Translations under genes and position numbers: made by a program
Source of the DNA: Thermoanaerobaculia bacterium
GTDB taxonomy: Bacteria > Acidobacteriota > Thermoanaerobaculia > Multivoradales > JAGPDF01
Reading direction: 5' to 3'
NCBI GenBank assembly: GCA_031403995.1
Contig: JANNGS010000036.1
Span: 1,468 to 65,467, forward strand
Length of the DNA: 64,000 bases
Shown: piece by piece, positions 40,732 to 51,100 of the stretch
Numbering within the stretch: position 1 is the stretch's first letter
Layout: the number at the start of each line of letters is the position of its first letter
The notes under the pieces: generated by a model
The model's input: only the letters and a program-made list of their open reading frames with translations
The model's database searches: none
Told to the model about the DNA's origin: nothing

Positions 40732-41064
40732 CTACACTGAACTGTTCTTCAGCCCCCGGCGCAGCAGGACGAGATTGCGCGCGTAGAGGAAGGGCAGGAA
40801 CGAGAACGAGAGCAGGATCGGTAGCTTGTCGATGTGCAGCGCGTAGACCAGCGATAGCGTGCTTCCCCAGAAAGAAAGGTGCCAGAAAATCGGCGGCACC
40901 AGGAGTTCCTTGCGCTTCTCCGAGTGCAGCCACTGGATGATGAAACGGCTGCTGAAGAGAGCGTTACCCAGCAGGCCGAAAGCCGTCCACCACCGTGAGT
41001 CGGTGTAGAGCCAGGGCAGGGCGTGGCCGAGAAGAGGTTGCAGGAATCCGGAGCTGTCATTCAT
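40732..41064 (-). CDS. Lipid-A-disaccharide synthase N-terminal domain (LAB_N) small membrane protein
   Basis: ATG at 41064. WWTAFGLLGNALFSSRFIIQWLHSEKRKELLVPPIFWHLSFWGS is typical of PF07578-like 3-TM proteins (from memory). Confidence 0.6.
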   Translation of the reverse strand: MNDSSGFLQPLLGHALPWLYTDSRWWTAFGLLGNALFSSRFIIQWLHSEKRKELLVPPIFWHLSFWGSTLSLVYALHIDKLPILLSFSFLPFLYARNLVLLRRGLKNSSV

Positions 41065-41113
41065 CCGCCTATTCTGTCGCCGTTTCGCTCCCGGGGGGCG
41101 GGGGAGAGGTAGC

Positions 41114-42085
41114 ATGCCCGCCATGCGCGTGACCGGGCGGGAAATCGGCGTCTTCGCCCTACTCACCGTCATCTGGGGTACGACTTGGGCGGCGATCCGG
41201 ATCAGCCTCGAAGCAATTCCTCCGGTGACCGGGGTGGCGATCCGTTTCGCCCTCGCCGGATTCGTCCTGGTGGTCATCGGGCACCTGCGCGGGGTGCGCT
41301 TCGGGCGGCGTCCCGGCGAGGCGCGGCTTTGGGTGGTGAACGCCCTGACCACTTTCGCCGGCTCCTACGGCATCGTCTACTGGGGAGAGCAGTGGGTGCC
41401 TTCCGGACTCGCCGCGGTCCTCTTCGCGACGTTGCCGCTCTGGATTGTGAGCCTCGGCCACTTTCTGCTGCCCGGCGAACGCGGTGGCGGGCGGCGGTTC
41501 GCCGGTGTCCTCTTCGGTTTCGCCGGGGTGGCGATCATCTTCTCCGAGGATTTTGCCAAGCTCGGCGGACCGCAAGTCTTTTTCGCCGCGATGGTCTTTC
41601 TACTGGCGCCGTTCGTCTCGGCCCTGGGCAGCCTCTCGGTCAAGCGATGGGGGAGCGCAATCTCACCTTTCTCGATCGCCGGCGTGCCGATGCTCATGAC
41701 CGGCGGGGCGATGGGTTTGCTGGCTCTCCTGGTCGAGCGCGACCGGCCGATCGCTCCGCTGATCGGAGCGGGCGCTGCGGTCGGCCCCTGGCTGGCGACG
41801 CTCTATCTCGCCCTCTTCGGCTCCGCCTTGACCTTCACGCTCTACTTCTGGCTGCTGGCCCGGCGCTCGGCGGTGGCGGCTTCGCTGATCTCCTACACGG
41901 TGCCGATCTGCGCCGTCCTGGTCGGTTGGCTGCTGTTCGACGAGCCGGTCACCTGGCGGTTGATCGCCGGCGGCGGCGTGGTTCTGCTCGGCGTGGCCGC
42001 GACGCTCTGGCCGGGCTCGCGGCAGTCGGCGCCGCGGGAGTCCGGAGTTGCGCCGCAGCGCGACAAGAATGCCGCTTTGCGGTAA
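41114..42085 (+). CDS. DMT-superfamily (EamA-like) transporter
   Basis: Ten TM helices in two EamA repeats (GTTWAAIRISLEAIPP...; LISYTVPICAVLVGWLLFDE). Confidence 0.8.
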   Translation: MPAMRVTGREIGVFALLTVIWGTTWAAIRISLEAIPPVTGVAIRFALAGFVLVVIGHLRGVRFGRRPGEARLWVVNALTTFAGSYGIVYWGEQWVPSGLAAVLFATLPLWIVSLGHFLLPGERGGGRRFAGVLFGFAGVAIIFSEDFAKLGGPQVFFAAMVFLLAPFVSALGSLSVKRWGSAISPFSIAGVPMLMTGGAMGLLALLVERDRPIAPLIGAGAAVGPWLATLYLALFGSALTFTLYFWLLARRSAVAASLISYTVPICAVLVGWLLFDEPVTWRLIAGGGVVLLGVAATLWPGSRQSAPRESGVAPQRDKNAALR

Positions 42086-42135
42086 AATCTAGCCGCGCTG
42101 CGGCATGGGCCGCCACCTTCCGAGGGAGACCCGCG

Positions 42136-44106
42136 ATGGCTAAGAACCCCACCTCCGCCCCCCAACCCCCTGCGAATGTCAGCGAGCAGGACGCGCGCAA
42201 GGTTGCCGAGGCCGCGCGCGAGAGCGAGTGGAAGAGCCCGAGCTTCATGAAGGAGCTCTTCCTCGGCAACTTCCGCCCGGATCTGATTCATCCCTATCCG
42301 TTGATCGACCGCGAGCGCCCGGAGTTCGACGCCTTCTACGACGCCTTTCGCGAGTTCCTGCTCACCGAGGTCGATCCAGAGGCGATCGACGCCACTGGCG
42401 ACTACCCGCCGCACGTCCTCGACGGCCTGCGCAAGCTCGGCGCTTTCGGGCTCAAGATCCCGCAGGAGTACGGCGGGCTCGGCTTCAGCATGCTCGAATA
42501 CTCGAAGCTGATGGAGCTCCTGGGGAGCGTCGACGGCAACGTCGAAGCGCTGCTTTCGGCGCACCAATCGATCGGCGTGCCGACGCCGCTGCTCTACTTC
42601 GGCACCGAGGAGCAGAAGCGCCGCTTCCTGCCGCGCTGCGCCGCCGGGGAGATCTCGGGCTTCGCGCTCACCGAGGCCGACGTCGGCTCCGATCCGGCCC
42701 GTCTCGCGACCACCGCCGAGCTCTCGGCAGACGGTTCGCACTATGTCCTCAACGGCAGCAAACTCTGGTGCACCAACGGCACCATTGCCCAGCTCCTCGT
42801 GGTGATGGCCCGCGATGCCCACGGCAAGAAGATCACCGCCTTCGTGGTCGAGATGAATTCGCCCGGAGTGAAGGTCGAGCATCGCTGCCACTTCATGGGA
42901 CTGCGCGCGCTCGCCAATGCGGAGTTGTCGTTCACCAACGTCAAGGTCCCGGTGGAGAACCGGATCGGCGGCGAAGGCAAGGGCCTCAAGATCGCCCTCA
43001 CGACGCTCAACACAGGGCGCCTGGCGATCCCCGCCGGGTCGCTCGGCTGCGCCAAGCTGTGCCTCGAGATCTGCCGCACCTGGGCCGCCGGACGGGTGCA
43101 GTGGGGCCGGCCGGTCGGCAAGCACGAGGCGATCACCCACAAACTGGCCGACATGGCCGCGGTCACCTTCGCGATCGAGGCGATGACCGAGCTCGCCTGT
43201 CAGATGGCCGACCGCGGGGGCTATGACATCCGCCTCGAAGCGGCGGCGGCGAAGCTGTGGAGCACCGAACGCACCTGGGAGATCGTCGACGACACCATGC
43301 AGATCCGCGGTGGCCGCGGCTACGAAACCGCGCAGTCGCTCCTGGCGCGCGGCGAGAAGCCGATCGCCGTCGAGCAGATCTTCCGCGACTTCCGGATCAA
43401 CCGGATCTTCGAGGGCTCGTCCGAGATCATGCATCTCTTCATGGCGCGCGAGGCGGTCGACAAGCATCTCCAGGTCGCCGGCGACCTGATCGACCCGGAA
43501 AAGCCGCTGGGCGCCAAGGTCAAGGCGTTCCTCCGGGCTGCCGGCTTCTACGCCTGGTGGTATCCGAGCCGCTGGCTCGGCTGGGGGCGGTTCCCGCGTT
43601 ACGCCGAATTCGGCGCGCTCGCCACGCACATGCGGTACATCGACCGGAATTCGCGCAAGCTTGCGCGCCAGGTCTTCCACGGCATGAACGTCCACCAGGC
43701 GAAGCTGCAGCACAAGCAGGGCTTCCTCTTCCGGCTGGTGGATGTCGCCGACGAGCTCTTCGCCATGGCGGCCGCCGTGTCGCGAGCCGAGGCGCTGCGC
43801 CGCAAGGGGGCCGCCTCCGCCGCGGAAGCGGCGAACCTCGCCGACCTCTTCTGCCGCGGCAGCCGGCGAAAGGTGAAGCAGCTCTTCCACAACCTCTGGC
43901 ACAACGACGACGACCGCAAGTACAAGGCGGGTATCGCCGTGCTCGACGGCCGGCACGAATGGCTGCACGACGGCACGTTGTCGATCGACGAGCACCATCG
44001 TGAAGGCTCGGTCCCGGGATCCGGCGCCGCGCCCCCCACCGTACCGGCTGCTGCGGCGGCGGTGGCCGCCATGGACACCGAGCGACCGCCGGTCAGCGTA
44101 GGCTGA
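42136..44106 (+). CDS. Acyl-CoA dehydrogenase family protein with long C-terminal extension (656 aa)
   Basis: ATG at 42136 after GAGGGAG. ACAD N/M/C domains (GFALTEADVGSDPA; KLWCTNG; IFEGSSEIM) plus a ~230-aa C-terminal extension. The 973-aa ORF is an artefactual 5' extension across the EamA gene. Confidence 0.85.
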   Translation: MAKNPTSAPQPPANVSEQDARKVAEAARESEWKSPSFMKELFLGNFRPDLIHPYPLIDRERPEFDAFYDAFREFLLTEVDPEAIDATGDYPPHVLDGLRKLGAFGLKIPQEYGGLGFSMLEYSKLMELLGSVDGNVEALLSAHQSIGVPTPLLYFGTEEQKRRFLPRCAAGEISGFALTEADVGSDPARLATTAELSADGSHYVLNGSKLWCTNGTIAQLLVVMARDAHGKKITAFVVEMNSPGVKVEHRCHFMGLRALANAELSFTNVKVPVENRIGGEGKGLKIALTTLNTGRLAIPAGSLGCAKLCLEICRTWAAGRVQWGRPVGKHEAITHKLADMAAVTFAIEAMTELACQMADRGGYDIRLEAAAAKLWSTERTWEIVDDTMQIRGGRGYETAQSLLARGEKPIAVEQIFRDFRINRIFEGSSEIMHLFMAREAVDKHLQVAGDLIDPEKPLGAKVKAFLRAAGFYAWWYPSRWLGWGRFPRYAEFGALATHMRYIDRNSRKLARQVFHGMNVHQAKLQHKQGFLFRLVDVADELFAMAAAVSRAEALRRKGAASAAEAANLADLFCRGSRRKVKQLFHNLWHNDDDRKYKAGIAVLDGRHEWLHDGTLSIDEHHREGSVPGSGAAPPTVPAAAAAVAAMDTERPPVSVG

Positions 44107-44113
44107 CGCGGAC

Positions 44114-45112
44114 ATGCTGGCGGTTCTTCCCTGGCGTCTCGAGATCTCCGGCGCGATCGCCGTCGGAGAGGTGCCTGCGCCGGCGCCCGGTGCCGGTCAA
44201 GTGCTGATTCGGGTAGCGGCGGCCGGTCTCAACCGCGCTGATCTCCTGCAGGTGCGCGGGCAGTATCCGCCGCCGCCCGGGGCGAGCTCGATTCCGGGGC
44301 TCGAATGTTCCGGCGTCGTCGATCGCCTCGGCGAAGGCGTGCAAGGGGTTCGCGTGGGCGACCGCGTGATGGCGCTCCTCGCCGGCGGTGGACAGGCCGA
44401 GTGGGTCTCGGTGCCGGCGGGGCAGCTCATGCCGGTGCCGGCGAATCTCACCCTCGAAGAGGCCGCGGCGATTCCCGAGGCCGCCTTGACCGCCTGGACG
44501 AATCTCGTCGTCGAGGGGGGATTGCGCGCCGGCGAGACGGTTCTGGTCACTGGCGCGACCTCGGGCATCGGCACCTTCGCGGTGCAGTTGATCCGTGAGC
44601 TCGGCGGCCAGGTGATCGCCGCCGCCCGCTCACGCGAACGTCTCGAGCGCTTGCGCGAGCTCGGCGTCGAGCAGCTGGTGGTTTTCGACACCGACTACCC
44701 GAAGCGCGTGCGCGACTTCACCGGCGGCAAAGGCGTCGATCTGGTGCTCGACCTGGTGGCGGGGGAGTGGTTCCCGCCGACGCTCGAGTGCATGGCCGAG
44801 CGCGGCCGCCTGGTTCTCGTCGGACTCACCGCCGGGCGCAAAGTCGAGCTCGACCTCACCGTCATTCTGAAGCGGCGGCTGCGCCTCGTCGGCTCCGTGC
44901 TGCGCGCGCGGCCGATGGCGGAGAAGTCCGAGCTGGTGCGCGGCTTCGCCGAGTTCGGTCTGCCCCGCCTCACCGACGGCCGCCTGCGCCCGGTAGTCGA
45001 TCGGCTCTTTCCCCTCGCCGAAGCGGCGCAAGCCTATGCCTACCTCGAGGACCAGCGTCCGCTGGGCAAGGTTGTGCTGCGCTGCAGCGAGCCCCCTCTG
45101 CCTCTGACCTGA
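44114..45112 (+). CDS. Zinc-type alcohol dehydrogenase-like NAD(P)H:quinone oxidoreductase (MDR family)
   Basis: GAGQVLIRVAAAGLNRADL and the VTGATSGIGTFAVQL Rossmann motif. Confidence 0.8.
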   Translation: MLAVLPWRLEISGAIAVGEVPAPAPGAGQVLIRVAAAGLNRADLLQVRGQYPPPPGASSIPGLECSGVVDRLGEGVQGVRVGDRVMALLAGGGQAEWVSVPAGQLMPVPANLTLEEAAAIPEAALTAWTNLVVEGGLRAGETVLVTGATSGIGTFAVQLIRELGGQVIAAARSRERLERLRELGVEQLVVFDTDYPKRVRDFTGGKGVDLVLDLVAGEWFPPTLECMAERGRLVLVGLTAGRKVELDLTVILKRRLRLVGSVLRARPMAEKSELVRGFAEFGLPRLTDGRLRPVVDRLFPLAEAAQAYAYLEDQRPLGKVVLRCSEPPLPLT

Positions 45113-45126
45113 AGGCTGGGCTGGCC

Positions 45127-48100
45127 TCAGGGCTGGAGGGGAGTCGCCCAGGCCGAGCTGTCTCCCATTTCGAAGCTGTCGACGAAGATCGCCAGGTCGT
45201 CCTCGAGGATGCAGGGGCCGAACTCGGAGCTGCTGCCGCCGGCGGTGATGGCGACTCCGGTGACCGTCGCGCCGTTCGCCACCCCGACCGGCAGCGAGAT
45301 GAGGAACGCGGCCGCCCCCGAGGCGTCGGCCAGGATCGTGGTCGAGCCGAGGTAGGTCGAGCCCTCTCCGTGCCCGGAAGCGTCGCAGCCGGCAGAGGCG
45401 TAGAGCTCGACGGTGAACGTCGCGTTGGCGGTGCTCGAAACCGACCCGGCGATCGAGGTCGTGGTGGCCCCGTCGCTCGAAACCGCGGCGAGATAGGGGT
45501 AGTTCTGCAGCAGATTCGCGCCGCTGTCGCCGTCGCCGACGTCCGCCGGCTGGACGCCGTCCGGGCCGAGGTCGATCGCCAGGCCGCCGTTGGCGAAATA
45601 GGAGTTGCCCGAGAGCCGGTCGTTGACCCCGGACTCGACCGTGATGCCGTCGTCGGTGTTGCCGGCGATGACGTTACCCTGACCCGGCGAAGGGCCGCCG
45701 ATCCGGTTGCTGCTGGCGTTGAAGGCGATGGTCACGCCCGACAGGCCGTTGGGCAGCGGCGTCGTGGCGTCGCCCTGGGTGCCGATCAGATTGCCGTAGA
45801 CGAAGTTGCCGGCGGCGCCGCTGAAGTTGAGCGAGACGCCGGAGAGCGTGTTGCCTGAGATCACGTTGCCGGCGCCGATCGCGCTGCCGCCGATGGTATT
45901 GCCGGGCGCGGCGAAGATCTGCACGCCGTCCGCGGCGTTGGCGATCGCGCCGGTGCCGGTCAGGTTGGTGCCGATCCAGTTACCCTGCACCTGGTTGGCG
46001 GTGGCGCCGGAGAACGAGATCGAGACGCCGATGCCGCCGTTGCCGGAGATGAGGTTGCCGGCTCCGGGCGCGGTGCCGCCGACGAGATTCGCCGGTGCCG
46101 AGGAGATGTCGACGCCGGAGGAGCCGTTGCCGAGCGCCGCGATCCCGAGGCCATCGGTGCCGATGAAATTCCCGCTGATGACGTTGCCGGTGGCGTTGCT
46201 GCCGTTGACGTAGATCCCGATCGAGCCGTTGCCCGAGATCAGGTTGCGCTGGCCGGCGCCGGTGCCGCCGATGAAGTTGCCCGGCGCGGCGTTGATCTCG
46301 ATGCCGGCGCCGGAGTTCGGCACCGCCACCGTGCCGCTGAGATCGGTGCCGATGAGATTCCCCGTCACCAGCGTGCCGGTCGTGCCGCTGCCGGAGAGCA
46401 CGACGCCACGCAGGTTGTTGCCGGAGATCAGATTCGACTCGCCGGCGCCGGCGCCGCCGATCTGCACGCCGCTGGTGTCCACGACCTCGATGCCGTCGGA
46501 GGCATTGCCGACGTCGAAGCTACCGCTCGCGTCGGTGCCGATGAAGTTGCCGCGCACGAGCGCGCCCGCCGAACCGCCGCCGGAGATCCGCACGCCGCGG
46601 CCGCCGTTGCCGGAGATCAGATTGCCCTGCCCGCCGGCTCCGACCTGGACGAGGGGGGCGTCGAGGATCTCGACACCGATGCCGGTGTTGCCCAGCGGCG
46701 CGTTGCCAGCCGCGTTGGTGCCGATGCGATTCCCGGTGAGGACGATCGCGTTGGAGGCGCTTTCGATCCGGACCCCGTTGGCGTTGCCGGAGATGATGTT
46801 GTCCATCAACTGGTGCAGGGAGGCGGCGCTTTCGAACCGAACGCCGGACTGGGCGTTGCCGAAGTCGAGGGTGCCCGAGGCGTCCAGGCCGATCCAGTTT
46901 CCCTGGATCGTCAGACCGCTGCCGCCGCTCACGAGAATGCCGTTGCCGCCGTTCCCGGAGACGAGGTTGCCGGCGCCGGGGAGCGGCCCGCCGAGGGTGC
47001 CTCCCGAGGCGAAAGTGCTAATTCCGCCGCCGACGTTGCCGAGCATCCCCGAACCGGTGGGGTTCGTGCCGATGAAATTTCCCTGCACCAGCGATGCCGA
47101 CCCGTAGACCGTGACTCCGACGCCGCTGTTGCCGGAGACGACGTTGGCTTCGCCCGCGCCGGTGCCCCCGAGAGTGGCGTCCTGCACGCCGACGCCGCTG
47201 CCGTTGGGCAGTGGCGCAGCGCCGGTAGCGTTGAGGCCGATCCAGTTACCCCGGGCGAAGGAGCCAGAGTTGAGGACGAGGCCGGTGCCGTTGCCCGAGA
47301 TCAGGTTGCGGTCGGCGGCGGTCGAGCCGCCGACGACGGTTCCGGCGCCGGTCGTGAGGAGTCCGGCGTTGTTGAACTGGGCGAGCATCCCCGTCACGTC
47401 GGTGCCGAGGAAGTTGCCCGCGATGGTGGCGTTGCCGGCGAAATCGTAGATTCCGATGCCCGGCCAGTTGCGCACCACGAAGCCCCGCACCGTGCTGCCG
47501 GTGGCGGCGAGACGCAGACCTTCGCAGCAGGTCGAGGCGCCGCTCAACTGGACGATCGGGCTGCCAGCGAACCCCGGCTGGGTGGTCGCGTTGAGGATCG
47601 TCGCGTCGCCGACGTCCGGCAGCGGACTCTGCGGCTGGATCACATGCGGCGGCACACCGGGAATGTTGAAGTGAATGCTGTCGATCGCCGGCAGGTTGGT
47701 GGTCGCGGCGTCGATCGCCTCGCGCAGGCTGCAGTGCGTCACGTCGCAGGCGCCGTCGTCGAGGTCGTTCGTCGTGTTGACGACGTAGATCTGCGGCGGT
47801 CCGGTCACGCCCCAGGTCGGCGAGAACTCGGAACTGTTGCCGGCCGCGTCGGTCGCCATGGCGACCAGGCGCGAGCCGACCGCGACGCCGAGGGCGACGG
47901 CGCTGCCGAGGTTGACGGTCTTCGCGCCGAGGGTGAAGTCGGCGGCGGAGTAGCTGTCGGCGGCGACGAAGGTCTTGCCCTCGAAGCTCGCCACCGAGTC
48001 CGGCTTGAAGAACTCGACCGCCAGCGGATAGGTGGCGTTCACCGGGTGGCTGTCGACGAGGTAGGTCACGATGAGGTTGCCACCGGTGATCGCCACGCTC

Positions 48101-51100
48101 TGGAACTGCGGGAAGTTCTGCAACTGGTTGGGGCCGAGGTCCGCGTCCAGCGGGTCGTTGGCGGTGAAGCCGTTCAAGTCGAGATCGATGCCCAGCCCGC
48201 CGTTTTGGAAGATGGAGTTGCGCCGGATGGCATGCTGCAGGCCGCCGTTGTAGACCCCGACGCCACTGGCGCCATTGCGGGCGATGATGTTGCGTTCGCC
48301 CGGGAGGGAGCCGCCGACCAGGACTCCCGACCCGCCGTTGAAGGCGACGCCCTGGTTGTTCGACAGAGGCGAGACGCCGTCCGCGGCGACGCCGATGAAG
48401 TTGCCTTGAATCGTCCCACCGGTGGCAAACGACCAGACCACGCCAGCGCCGCCGCCGCCGGCGATGACGTTGCCCTCACCCGGCAGAGCGCCGCCGAGCG
48501 TCATCCCCGCAGAGGCGTTGCTGTCGACGCCAACATAGCTGTTGCCGAGGAGACCCGTGCCGGCGGCATCGGTTCCGATGAGGTTGCCCCGAATCGTCGC
48601 GCCGGTGGTACTGATGAGATAGAGCCCGCGAATGTTGCCGGAAATCAGGTTGCCTTGACCCGTCCCGGCTCCGCCCACGACCAGCCCGCTCGTGCCCGAG
48701 GCCTCGATGCCGTTCGCAGCGCCCGAAAGTCCGAGCGTGCCGGCGGCGTTGGTGCCGATCCGGTTGCCCCGGATGACGACGTTGGCCGCCGACTGGACCA
48801 CGATTGCGCCGTTGGCGTTGCCCGAGATCAGGTTGCGGTCGGCGACGGTCGCGCCGCCGACCAGCGTGTTGTCGCTCCCCGCCTCGATCGAGACGCCGTA
48901 GGTGCCGTTTCCCTGCGCGCCGGCTCCGGCGACGTCGGTGCCGATGTAGTTGCCGACGAGGATGGCCGAAGGGCTGTTGGCGATCTGGATGCCGCCGCTG
49001 TTGAACCGGTTGATGACCAGGCCGCGGATCGTCGTGTTCGCCGCCGAGAGCAGGCGCAGGCCGGGAGCGCCGCTCGCGCTCGTGCCGTTGAGCTCGACGA
49101 TCGGCGTGCCGGCGAAGCCCGGTTGGGTGGCCGCGTTGACCGTCACCGGGTCGGTGATCGCCGGCAGGGGTGAGCCCGGAGCGATGCTGAACGGTGGCGA
49201 GCCGGGAATGTTGAAGGGGATCGTGTCGGCGAAACCGCTGTTCAGGTTTGCATACTGGAGGGCTTCGCGCAGGCTGCAGTGGACGATGTCGCAGAGCCCG
49301 TCGTCGCCGTCGTTGATGGTGTTGACGATGAAGGACGTCGCGCCACCGATGCCGACCAGGCGGGCGTCGGAGAACTCGGAGCTGTTGGCTCCGCTGTCGG
49401 TGGCGACGGCGACTAGCGGCTCGGGCTGGACGACGCCGAGCACTCCGGCGTTGCCGAGATTGACGATCTTGGCGCCGACGGTGAAATCGGCCGCGGTGTA
49501 GGTATTCGTACCGAGGTAGACCCGGCCCTGTCCGAGGAGGTCGGATTCGTAGAAGTCGACCGTCAGCGGATAGGCGGCGTTGCCGGGGTCGCTGTTGACG
49601 GAATAGGTCACGAAGAGGTTGCCGCCGCTGATCGTGGCGGCGATGAGGACGGGGAAGTTCTGCATCAGGTTGGGGCCGGCGTCGGAGTCGTTGAGGTCGT
49701 TCGGCGAGCGGCCGTTGTCGCTGAGGTCGATGCCGAGTCCGCCATTGCCGAAGATCGAGTTGCCCCGGACCGCACTGCCGACGCCACCGGCGACCGCGAC
49801 GCCGTCGTTCGCATTGCGCGCCAGGATGTTGCCGGCTCCGGCGGCGACGCCGCCGACGGTGGCGGCCGTCTGCAGGTAGACCCCAAAGGCGTTGGGCAGG
49901 GCGGCCAGGCCGTCCGGCCGGGTGCCGATCCGGTTGCCCTGGATCGTCGTCGAGGGCGCGGAGGTTACCTGGACGCCGGAACCCTGGTTTCCGGAGATGA
50001 GATTTCCGGCCCCCGCGGCGGTGCCGCCGACGAGGGCACCGGTCGTGCCGACCACGTAGACGCCGGTGCTGTTCGGGACCGGACTGGTCCCCGTCCAGTC
50101 GGTGCCGATCCGGTTCCCCTGGACGAGCTCGGCCGCTCCGTTCAGGAGCAGGCCGGCGCCAGAGTTGGCTCCGGAGATGAGATTCCCTTCTCCGGCGCCG
50201 ACGCCGCCGATCACTGGCGAGAGCGCTCCACTCGAATAGGCCGCGTAGCTGCCGTTGAAGCGATCGTTGGTTCCCGCTGCATCCGTGCCAATGTAGTTTC
50301 CACGGACGATGGCGCCGGATACGCCGTTGAGAAACAGTGCGTAGTTGTTGGTGCCCGAGATGATGTTCCGGGCGGCCGGCAAGGCGCCACCGACCGTGAT
50401 GGAGTTGGACTGCACCAGGACTCCGGTGTTGTTGATCGTCGAGATCGCTGCACCCGCATAGTCGAGCCCGAAATAGCTGCCTTCGACGACGGATCCGCCG
50501 GAAGCGCCCTGGAGGTCGAGGCCGGTATTGCTCGCCCGGTTGATCACCACGCCGCGCACCAGGGAGCTGGGGGCGTTCGAGAGCGTGAGTCCAGTGGACA
50601 CGGACGTGCCGTCGATCTCGATCCGGCCGTCGGGGTGGCTGGTGCCGTCGAGGAGGGTCGTCGCGGTGATCGTCGGCAGGTTGGTCGACGGGCTGATGGT
50701 GTGGAACCCGGCGCCCATGCCGGAGAACAGGATCGTATCGGGCCCGACTGCCGAGTTGGCGGCGTTGATCGCCTCGCGCAGACTGCAGTGCGCGCCGTTG
50801 CAGGTGCCGTCATTGGCATCGTTGGTCGAGTTGACGATGAAGGTGGCAGTGGGTGCCGAGGGGACGAGGAGCACGGTCTCGGCGCCACCGCGGGTCATGA
50901 CGACGAGGTCGGAGAGGGCGTCCGAGTTCAGGCGCAGGGCGAGCGCCGCCACGGGCTCGCCGAGCCCGGCCTCGTCGGCCGCCGCGAGGAGCGACGGCGT
51001 AGGGTTGGAGTCGTCGCCGGAGTCGTCGCCGGAGTCCCCGGAGGCCAGCGGATCGAACCGTCGCAGGCGGCCGGCGGCGCGGTCGAGCAGGACGAGGACG

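Noticed and set aside
41185-44106. 973-aa ORF fusing the EamA region with the acyl-CoA dehydrogenase
   Set aside because: The 5' 317 codons are an out-of-frame read-through across the EamA transporter gene. The true ACAD start is the ATG at 42136, which has an SD.
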